Both the position numbers and the translations under genes were made by a program. From Callorhinchus milii (lineage: Eukaryota): a stretch of DNA of 64,000 nt. Numbering within the stretch: the stretch's first letter is position 1; each line of letters starts with the position of its first letter. Location of the stretch: assembly GCF_018977255.1 (NCBI RefSeq), contig NW_024704742.1, positions 42,162,001-42,226,000 on the forward strand. Direction: 5' to 3'. Of this stretch, positions 54,140 to 64,000 are shown piece after piece. The notes below the pieces were generated by a model. It did not search any database, was not told the DNA's origin, and worked only from the letters and a program-made list of their open reading frames with translations.

Positions 54140-54392
54140 TCATGGCGTATTGGTTAGAGAACTCATCTCGCAAGAGATAGGATATGGGTTTGATTCCTGG
54201 GCAGGGCAAAACCTTTTTCAAAAATGTGTTCACTCAATCCACAACTGTTTGTGGAACACTGCTGTGTGAAATTGGCTGCCACGTTTCGCCCACAAAATAC
54301 AGTCAATTCACTTTACAGTATATTCTGTGAAGCGCTTTGAGATGTCTCAACGACGTGATAAGGTGCTATATCAAATGCAAGGATTATTATTA
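54140..54392 (+). mobile_element. tRNA-derived SINE, same family, with a degenerate head and shortened middle
   Basis: tggttagag...gggtttgattcctgggcagggcaaaacc head, conserved 3' half, (ATT)n tail. Confidence 0.88.
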
Positions 54393-55019
54393 TTTTCTGT
54401 AAACTGACTGAGGGCCGTACTGTTCTGAGTCTTTATTGTCTGGAGAGCAGCCACTTGGTTAAGGTAGAGGAGGGCATCTGTTGCCTACAGATTGTAAATG
54501 TACCCCCAGCGTGATCCAGAGTCGTCAGGAAGAGAGAACACCAGAGAGGAAGTGTTGTTCACTTTGACAGCATTTTGCTTTCTGTCCCACAGAAGTGATC
54601 TGCCCCTAATAAAGAAAGAGCTTGCATTTGAAAGCACTTCCCATATCATAAAGGGCTTCACAGCTCATTTCTGTCAAGCTCGGCTTCACAATAGGATAAT
54701 GCTTCATAGCTCTGTACAAAGACAGGGTTGGACACTGAACAGGGAGGGGAAGCGAGAAGGGAGAGGTGACCTTTGGCGTGGTCAATGGCTTTAAAATGGG
54801 ATTTAAAGAAAGTTAGATCTGGGGCGAAGCAGAGGTTAGATGGAAGGAGTTTCAGAGATTGGGAGATCAGAATCTGAAAATGACAGTATTTCTAGGCAAA
54901 AACAGCAACCATTTGTATCGACAATGTATCGACAATGATCCATATATAGCCTTGATAAAAACAACATCAAATTACATTTGTGTAGCTGGACAATTAGGGA
55001 TTTGGATGTGCATAATCAA

Positions 55020-55180
55020 TTAATTTGGAGGATTATTGGCCAAAACACTCGGAGAAACTCCCTTCTCTTCATATCGTGCCATGGGATCTTTAATTTGCAT
55101 CCGAACAGGCAGACAGGCTCTTGATTTAATGCCTCCTCTGACAATGCAGCGCTCCTCCAGGACTGTACCCTGCAGCCAGT
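55020..55180 (-). mobile_element. Deu-domain SINE fragment
   Basis: Reverse complement of the Deu core (gtgccatgggatcttt...gaacaggcagacagg...ctgacaatgcagcgctcc). Confidence 0.7.
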
Positions 55181-55901
55181 AGTTAGCATGTCCATTACTT
55201 CTGGCACTAATGTTTGGTCTGTTTCTATGGAAATTCATGTAAACTGGCTAGTTTAGCCTCAAGCCTTGTGGTACCGTCTGCAACAGAATACTCCACCCCG
55301 ATGAGCAGTGAAAGAGGTTCATGAAAATATACACCATTTGCCTGATGACACTGCGTTAATTTTCATTAAGCCACCACTCCCTAGTGTCTGTTGTCTATCA
55401 CAAGATGTGGTTTCCATCAGTGGTTTGTGGTCATTGGTGTCTGGACTTTGTTGACAGTTTATGTGAGTTAGTGGATATATCTCTGCCCCCCCGCCCCGTC
55501 CACTTCTGCTGGTCTATTATTCACTTCCTTCACAGCTGCTCCCACCTCTTTCCCAACTTGTTCTCTGATCTTGCGTGGACTTGCCTTGCCTTGTATTCCT
55601 GGCCCATGCTGCTGTTCTCAATCCAGTTTCATTGCACAGCAACAAAGAAACCTGTGGTCTCAGGCTGAATTCCCAGCGACTCCTCCATCGCTGGGCATTA
55701 CGTATCAGTTTTCACCACTCCACCAAGCAAAATATTATTGTGCATTTTAAAATAATGATGCTGAACAAAATGCAAAGTGCGGTAATGGAAAATAGATTAA
55801 TGGGGATGAGTTGAGATAACTCACTCTGAAACAATGCCTGAAGGCTGATGTTTCACATGTTTCGTTTTCCACATAACATATCTCCAGCCACTTTACCATG
55901 T

Positions 55902-57120
55902 AGGGGGAACCAGTAGATGTGGTATATTTGGATTTTAGGAAGGCATTTGACAAGGTGCCACACAAAAGGCTGTTACTCAAGATCAAGGCCCATGGGATTA
56001 ATGGGAAAATATTAACATGGATAGAAGAGTGGCTATCGGGTAGAAAGCAGAGAGTAGTGATAAACGGATCATTCTCGAATTGGCAGGATGTAACTAGTGG
56101 AGTGCCACAAGGATCAGTGCTTGGGCCTCAGCTATTTGCCATTTACATCAATGATCTGGACGAGGACGTTGAATGTAATGTGTCTAAATTTGCGGATGAT
56201 ACTAAACTAGGTAGCAGAATGAGCTCTCAGGACGATGCAAAACAATCGCAACAAGATATAGATAGGCTAGGAGAGTGGGCAAGTAGGTGGCAGATGGAAT
56301 TCAATGTTAGCAAGTGTGAAATTATTCACCTAGGTAGCAAGAATAAAAGAACAGATTATTTTCTGGAAGGGGAGAAGTTAGATAGTGTTAGTATTCAAAG
56401 GGATTTGGGTGTCCTTGTACACCAGTCCCAAAAAGTTAGTTTGCAGGTGCAGCAAGCAACTAAGAAGGCGAACGGCATGTTAGCATTCATTTCGAAAGGT
56501 TTAGAATATAAGAGTAGGGAAGTCTTGCTGCAACTGTATAGGGCCTTGGTGAGACCGCACCTAGAGTATTGTGTGCAGTTTTGGTCTCCTTATTTAAAAA
56601 AGGACATACTTGCCCTAGAGGGGGTGCAGCGTAGATTCACTCGGTTAGTTCCTGGGGTGAGGGGACTGACCTATGAGGATAGGCTGAATAAACTAGGGCT
56701 GTATTCTGTAGAGTACAGAAGAATTAGGGGAGATCTTATTGAAACATATAAGATTCTTAAAGGGCTGGATAAAGTAGAACCAGAGGGACTGTTTCCCCTG
56801 GTAGGAGAATCTATAACCAGGGGTCACAGTCTTAAAATTAAGGGTCAGCCTTTTAGAACAGAGTTGAGGAAACATTTCTTCACTCAGAGGGCAGTGAACT
56901 TATGGAATTCACTACCCCAGAAGACTGTAGATGCTCAGTCCTTGAACATTTTCAAGGCTGAGACTGACAGATTCTTGAAAAATAGAGGGATTAGGGGATA
57001 AGGGGATAGGGCAGGTAATCAGAGTTAGGTGAGAAGATCAGCCATGATCTTATTGAATGGCGGAGTAGGCATGAAGGGCCGAATGGCCTACTCCTGCTCC
57101 TAATTCTTATGTTCTTATGT
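55902..57120 (+). mobile_element. 5'-truncated CR1-clade LINE (reverse transcriptase C-terminal part plus 3' UTR), young copy
   Basis: Uninterrupted ORF 55919-57001 with YLDFRKAFDKVPH, SGVPQGSVLGP, FADDTKL, RPHLEYCVQFWSP and WNSLP motifs. The tail ends in (TTCTTATG)2. Confidence 0.96.
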
Positions 57121-60073
57121 AATTGGTGGAAGGGGAGAGTTACAGCTGGGTGTGAGACATACAGGGAGGGGTGAGAAATTCAAGTTGGTCACAAGCTGAT
57201 TCATTCCTTTGAGAGCTGACGAGTGCTATGAGGATGCATTGACCATCACTTCCTAATAGTTTGCCTCCCAATAACCTGTTGTTATTCTCTGTGTTTTATT
57301 TGTTGGGTGGGGGGTTGGTCTGACACATGCAGAAACCCATCACCATGCTTTAAGAGTATCCAAACCAAGCTGGGAATCCCATGCATCCCACCTACACATG
57401 AAACTTCCAAAGGTACATTACTCTAATTATTTCCTGTACTGTGGGCATTCGCTAGTGGAGCAGAAGTACGCTTAATTGTGAATGGCTCTGCCGAGATCAG
57501 GATGACATGGGAAAATAACAACAACACTTTGCATTTATATATTGCCTTTCATGTCAAGAGAACTTGTGAAAGCGCTTCACACAGCTGACTGGGAGCCTGA
57601 GTTGCGGGGTGGGTGGGTGGTGGCGGTAGTAGAGAAATGGGAGAGGAGGAAGGTGCCCGAAAGCACAGTCAAAAAGATAAGTAACCAGTTTTGTGCCAGT
57701 TTTGCTCGTCTTTGCAGGAAGAATTAGTCAATCTGGGTCACTTTCACACACACATATTTTCTAGAGGCTTTTATGAGACCTGGTATTAAACTACCGGGTA
57801 GCAAACTAAGCCATAGTACGTTGAGCAGGGCAACAGCTAACAGAGTGGGAGAGAGAAGGATATAAGCTTATTGTGTGTCATTAACAAGTCCAGCAAGGGT
57901 ATTTCAGCTAAGGATACTTGATGTGATCAAATCACCTGGCATGAATTAGATCTGTCTTGAACGGGCACTGTTTCTTTTTGTAAGTTTGGAATTTTTGAGG
58001 GAAGTGTGTGAACCTTTGAATGGAAAGAGTTACATTACCAATGAGGTGTGACTAGGGGAGGATTGGGTTTTCCTCTCCATATGCTTTGATCAAAGTCATG
58101 CCAATTTCTGTCCATGTTCTCGTTGTGTTGTGGAAAAATGTGGCCGATTGCAGACAGATAAGATGAAGATTGGTGATTTTATAGAGGAGAGAAACATGTG
58201 AATTTGATTTGACTTGCTTTCTTAATAAACAGAGAATACGTCTGCATTGTTGGAATCCTTTTGTAGTGCTGTAATCTAAGCTCGAGTGCTGTGTTTTTGC
58301 TTCTTTCATCGTATCTGGGCAATGTGAGTGAACCACTGTTATCTCTAGATAAATCCTGCACAAATAGATTTTGCAGAGGCAGAAGCTACTATGTCAAGTG
58401 AGGGATCAGAGAGTGGGTGGAAAGGCAGGGGTGGGGTGTGAGGAGATTGCTGCTAACCCTGGCCTGGTTCACGTTCATTCCAGATAAGCGTTGTGAAAGT
58501 CCACTGAATGTTCTCATTTTCTTGTGGGAAGGTAAACTAACGATAAGTATCTGGATGAGAGGAGTTGTTGACTGACCAAGGCTGTAGGTCTAATTCTCAA
58601 CATAATAGATCTACACCAAACCTAGTAACTTTGAGCTAGTTTGGCAGTGTTTTATTCATAATTAGTTAGTGCAAACCTTTCCTTTCTTATCTCCACTGTA
58701 GAATTTTAAAAAGAAGCGAATCATTTATCTCTTTCAGTTAAAATGAATCTGTTGAGCCCTTTGGCAGTGGAGAGTTTTATCCTATTAACTCTACGTGCAG
58801 TTGAATAACTATGCAAAGAGTTTGAAATGATTAATGTAAGGAAGGAACAAAGTAAGAATGTTGACTGGTTTCCAGCAAACGGTTATGAAAAGCTTATCGC
58901 ACAGAGGGGAAAAAAGTGTGCTACGTGATGCCGTAATTATCACTGACAATAATTATCATAACCGATACCACGCATTTCCCCTCATGCTGACAGTATTGAG
59001 AATAAAGGTGATTTGAAAAGGGCAATCTATGTTTTTCTTTTCCCCCTCCCTCCCTTTTGAGGCTGTGAGTTCAAACTCGAAAAGTCTTAATACGTCAGAG
59101 AGTCCCATGTCCTAAGTTACTTGTCTGGAAAATAAATTCACAACATTTTAGAGTAAGTTCTGTAAAACACTTTGAGACATCCTTCTGGCGTGAAAGGTGG
59201 TATATCAGACCACAGGATTGGTTTGGATGAAGAAGGCTCCTCAGCCCATCTGATCTCATCCGTCCTCAAAATACATCCTAAAATATTGATCTGGGTTTAC
59301 TAAAATATAAGCATTACTTTTTTTTCAATTTGACCCCTCCTGAAAGAGGATTGAAACAACCAAAACAATCAACAGCAAGAAACAATATAATCGCACATCA
59401 CCAAAAATGGCACACATTACAGTGAGTTGCTTTTCAGTCCAAATATGGTTATGAAGCAGTCTGCTGATTTGGTGCTGACTAGACAGGATAGACAGTTTCG
59501 TAAAATATTGGCAGACAGGTCGTGCTTTATGTGAGATTTTATTTGATTCCTTTCGACAGTCTCAAGTAGGATCCTCAACAGAACTGGTTTCCATGTTCAG
59601 CTGCACTTGATATGTTCCAAGATAATATTTATTGTAAAAATCACCCTGTGTGAAATCTCTGTCCTGACAGCTGTGATATTGTTGAACTTGTGCCCTTATT
59701 CGTCACCAATGGCGGGTGAGCTTTTAGCCATTCTACCCCCACTCCCTGGAACGGAACTCCCCCCCCACGTAATCCTTCCAGCAGCTATACAAAGCACCTG
59801 GAAGGGTGCTACATGAATGTAAATTGTATTGTATGTTACAGTATTAAGACATAATGCAAAGATTGAAAACATGGTATAAAATAATACGATTCTTTTTTAT
59901 TTAGTCTAAAACAACTTCAGTTTCTCAAACCCTCCCCCCCACCCCCATAAGATGCACTTAACATTTGATTACTATGCTGCCAATTTCAATCACCATCCCC
60001 AGACAGACAGACAGACATACAATTCCATGTTAGTTCATTTGTCATAGAGACAGTCTTGGAGTCGGTAACATGA

Positions 60074-60207
60074 AGTGAATCACAGTCCGACGTGGGAAGA
60101 AATTCTTGTTCCTGCACGGACGAGAAGTGAATCACAGTCTGTCGTGTGATGAGACTGCTCTCCCAAGCAGATACTGACAGTGAATTCAAGTCTGACGTGG
60201 GATGAAA
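60074..60207. repeat. Three 29-bp direct repeats separated by 23-24-bp dissimilar spacers
   Basis: Units at 60074, 60126 and 60179; consensus AGTGAATCACAGTCTGACGTGGGATGAAA. Confidence 0.85.
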
Positions 60208-60590
60208 ACAGCTTGAATCAACAATGAACCTGTTGCTTCTGCAGGCCCACGTGTGGACACCCGCCAGCCTGCCTCTCCTAGCACATGCCCTGCTGCACCA
60301 TGCTGGCCTTGCAGTGGCCAAGAGGACTTTGACTCGGTTTGAATTTTGAGAGTAAAAGATAGCTTATTCGCTATATTCTGCTCGCGGGATTCAAACAATT
60401 ACGATACCGGTATTGCCATCTACGAGCATTTTTTTTTGGCACTAAATGCTGTTATAGGCATTGTAATTTCACTTAGCCAGAAATAGAAGCTCACCAGACT
60501 GGATCTGGATGACTGGTTTCAGTGTATTGATTTTCTTTGTGAAATCCAACAGAGGAACTTTGTGACAAAGAGAAGTGGTCACTCTTATAT

Positions 60591-60911
60591 GTCCTGTGGC
60601 TCAGTGGTTAGAGCACTCACTTTGCAAGCGTGAGACCTGAGTTCAATTCCAGGCAGGGCAAAACCTTGGGCAAGTTTCCTTACTCCACACACCTAATAAT
60701 AATCCCTCCAAAACCAAAAACAATAATAAAAATTGGTCATTTTCAATCTACAACTGTTTGTGGGACATTGCTGTGTGCAATTGGTTGCCGCGTTCGCCCA
60801 CAAATATACAGTCAATTCACTTTACAGTGTGTTCTGTGAAGCGCTTTGGGACGTCCTCCCGACGTGAAAAGCGCTATATCAAAATGCAAGGATTATTATT
60901 ATTATTATTAT
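60591..60911 (+). mobile_element. tRNA-Ala-derived SINE, young copy
   Basis: Nearly identical to 14557-14883. Confidence 0.95.
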
Positions 60912-61103
60912 TTACATTGCGTGACATGGACACAAGTTAGTGGCAAGGACAAGTGGCTGGAATAAAGGCGCTATATCAACTGCAAAGATCATTCTTACTA
61001 CAGATTATTATGTGACATGGATGGAGGCTGAGCACAGACCACCATTGCTGCGTGCTTCAGTGAAGGAATACATTTTCAACTTCAAATTGTGCTTTCTCCA
61101 CAG

Positions 61104-61175
61104 ACGTCTGGAGCAGAATTCAATCAAATCCATCCCTCCTGGAGCCTTCTCCCCCTACAAGAGATTGCGAAGAAT
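61104..61175 (+). CDS. slit2: Slit2 coding exon (exon 10 equivalent): [24 protein letters not shown]
   Basis: ccacAG acceptor and GTAAGT donor; 72 nt; end of ORF 60940..61179. Confidence 0.97.
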
Positions 61176-63475
61176 GTAAGTAGAGAAAAAAAAACAACCT
61201 TTAGCAGATTATGTTCCATAAGAAACGCTTAGCTTTGAACAAATTGGGGCAACATGCGATATGTGATATTATCACGAGAGCGTTTCCCCCCCCCCCCCCC
61301 CATTGTGCGGAGACAATAATGCCTGGTCCACTCAGATTTACAGCTCAAATTTGTGCACATGGTTGTTCGCTTTTCAATTTGTAGGTGTATTTCATTACAT
61401 TAATGTGTATAAATCTTAGAGGTTAAATACTTCAGTCATTTCACATTAAATAATAGCAGTGGTTTGAAATACACTGCTTTGCCTCCCAGGATGGAGGACA
61501 TGTCTATTCCTGGGCCAGTCAGGTCATCTACCACCAGCAACTTTAGTTTTCTATTGACCCACCTCCCAACAGACATGTTAGATCCTCAGGAGACCCTGCT
61601 TACTTCCTTCCTCACCCACCCCCCCACCTCACCACCTTGTTAGTTTCTCAGAGAAGATATTTTTAGACTTAGTGTCTGTTAAGAATCAAAACTGGTTTGA
61701 TTGATTGTGAAAAAGACAATAACTTGAATTTGACTCCCTGGAATTACTATCCTGAAACTGGATTGGTACTCGAATGACCAAATCTCCCCACAAGACTTTC
61801 TTCCAACTATCCCAACCTACTGAAGGCTGTGATATCTGCTGGGTATGGTTTAGCAGAAGCTTCCCCATAGCCCACCCACATGAGGTCATGCTTTGTGTGA
61901 GACCATGGCTATTGAGTGCTAGCAGGACATCAAAGGCGAGCCCAACCGTGTCCTCAGCGAATGTTCAGACACAAGGGATTTCCAGCACGTTTTGCAGTGA
62001 ACCCTGGGTGGCTGTTTCCCTTCCTGCACAGAGTCACTTTAGACTAACTAGTGTATCCCTATCACCATCGAGGCTGATAGCAGTTAACTCATCACAGACC
62101 AGTAATCCAACATGAAATTTCCTGAACTTTGTGGCTCAATGTCACACCCGTCAATGCATTTGCACATCAAAAGACCCCATCTTCCCATAAGCATTTAAAG
62201 ACAAACAGTTTTCCAGCACGCCTGATATTTTCTATTAAGCAAATCAATACACAACTCACTTTAATGCTTTTCATTAAAAGTGATTGCCCAGATATCCAGT
62301 GTTTTCTTTTGCTGAATCCATTTGTTTTTACTCAGGAATATCCTGCTCCCAGTTCCGTGAGATGAAACAAAATGAATCATTTTTATGATGGAAAATTATT
62401 ACACAGCTGTGTTTCTCCCCCCCCCCCCCCCAATCAATTAAACTTTTTATTTGTCACTCATTTTGATATCATCAAATCCCTTTCAAGTGAAGTCTATTCC
62501 ACTGGGACTTCATAAGGAAATGGCGGCAATATTTTATTAGCTGAATAGCAGCATACTCCAAATGCCTTGGAAACCTCAGCAGAGAGTAGCAGTTACAAGC
62601 TGCGGGTAACTGTGAATGAAGAGAGTCTAGACTCTCAAAATTGTATCATGGAGTGTTTTCCTTTGAGTTACGGGATCGTGTTGTAGCCGTGATCACACAT
62701 GGAGCTGGTAACCTTGCAGAATGAAAAATAATCTGTGGTTATTCAACAACAGCAACTTGTATTAATAAAGTGCCCTTCATGGAGAATAATGTTTACAGTG
62801 GTGGAAACAAATGACAAGCAGTGGGGAGGAGGAAAAGGGAGGTGACCATAGACATAGTCGAACAAATAGGTTTTAAAGCAGGACTTAAGACAGATAATAA
62901 TAATAATAATGTATTTGATACTATATTATTCAGCTCAGGAGAATGCCTCAAAACACTTTACAGGATTTATTCTAAAGTGCAGTGACTGTATTTTTTAGGT
63001 GAACAGTCTTTTTTGTAGATAGAGAGGTAGGAGGATCAAGGGGTCGAAAGAGGGAGTTCGAGAAGTTAGGGGCATTTAATTGGAAAGCTGAGCCACTAAT
63101 GGTGGCGTGAAATGTACGGAAAGTCCAAGTTAGCCTAGTAGAGAGAGGAGAAAAGTGGCTCAGGAGGAGATTTTTCAGCAATAAATTGTAAACAAAAAAG
63201 CACGCCAGCTGAGTTCCTGGTGTGTGGCCATCAGTGAAAGCCCCTCACTGGGAGCTGGCCTTACTGCCTCATCTGAGATTGTTTGGCTGTAAAATACAGC
63301 ACGCAGGGCAGAGAACAACAGAAAAATAAGAAACAGATGCAAGGCTGGGAGTTTCCCACCTGGTTTGGGAACTCTTATTGAGAGGGAACACGGCAACTGA
63401 CGTGGCCAGGCAAGCGCCTGGCACCTTATTTGATCAGATTCAGTTAACCTTTTAATGTTCTCTTTGTCCTTTCAG

Positions 63476-63547
63476 AGACTTGAGCAACAACCACATCTCT
63501 GAAATCGCACCGGATGCTTTCCAGGGATTAAGGTCACTTAACTCTCT
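63476..63547 (+). CDS. slit2: Slit2 coding exon (exon 11 equivalent): [24 protein letters not shown]
   Basis: tttcAG acceptor and GTAAGT donor; 72 nt LRR exon. Confidence 0.97.
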
Positions 63548-64000
63548 GTAAGTTACAAGCACATTTCAGGACAAGGTTTTAGTGTGGCTGTTTCAAGTAT
63601 GTCAGTGTCCTGTTACATGCCAACTTTTTTAAAAACAAAACTTGTTTGCTGTATGTTTCCCAATTCGTTTGTTGCTATAATCTGTCCAAATTTACTACAA
63701 CAAATTCTATACTGAAACTAAAGGCAGAGTCACAAGAGAGCTCCATAGAGGTTATTAGACAAAAGTGATCATTTTAATCCTGGGCGCCACTATATTTTTC
63801 CCTTAAAATTAGTCCGACCCGACCTTACTTGATGTGAACGTTTTGAATCCGGCAACCATGAGCAACAGAAAAATAAGTCAATGTAAATCAAAGACAGCGT
63901 GAAAATCTGGATCAATGGAAGCCTGTGAAGGGAGACTGTCCTCATAACCCACTGCACTCCTTAATGTTTCCTTATGACGTTACAGCAGTTCTACTCATTG

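Noticed and set aside
55919..57001. Standalone reverse transcriptase gene or domesticated RT
   Set aside because: It starts mid-domain without a true ATG or promoter and ends in a CR1 tail, so it is a 5'-truncated insertion.
60074..60207. CRISPR or other prokaryotic guide-RNA array
   Set aside because: Vertebrate intron, only three imperfect repeats and no associated protein gene. Kept only as an unexplained repeat.
59986..60321. 111-aa minus-strand ORF with an internal PTSD repeat
   Set aside because: The middle repeat unit is out of frame (periods of 52 and 53 bp), so the repeat is not maintained at the protein level.

Overview
Eukaryotic, vertebrate genomic DNA, most likely from a cartilaginous fish. 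This is inferred from the repeat content (tRNA-Ala SINE, Deu-domain SINEs, CR1 and L2 LINEs), which looks chimaera/elephant-shark-like; the species cannot be confirmed from the sequence alone. The whole window lies inside slit2 on the + strand. Positions 1-33892 are the 3' part of one very long intron. Seven coding exons follow (72, 72, 72, 164, 145, 72 and 72 nt, equivalent to human SLIT2 exons 5-11), covering the end of LRR domain D1 and the start of the Robo-binding domain D2. A 12-nt microexon (DEDE) with a GC donor sits between D1 and D2. The introns contain young tRNA-Ala-headed SINEs, older Deu-domain and AmnSINE2-like SINEs, L2 and CR1 fragments (one young CR1 with an intact 360-codon RT frame) and palindromic MITE-like relics. 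Nearly all ORFs in the supplied track are spurious or transposon-derived. I cannot demonstrate a new biological system. The leads most worth checking are the GC-donor microexon, a 29-bp repeat/unique-spacer triplet at 60.1 kb, a CpG-rich polyadenylated insert with a target-site duplication (TSD) at 10.6-10.9 kb, a 240-bp hairpin at 1.5 kb, and inverted SINE pairs.
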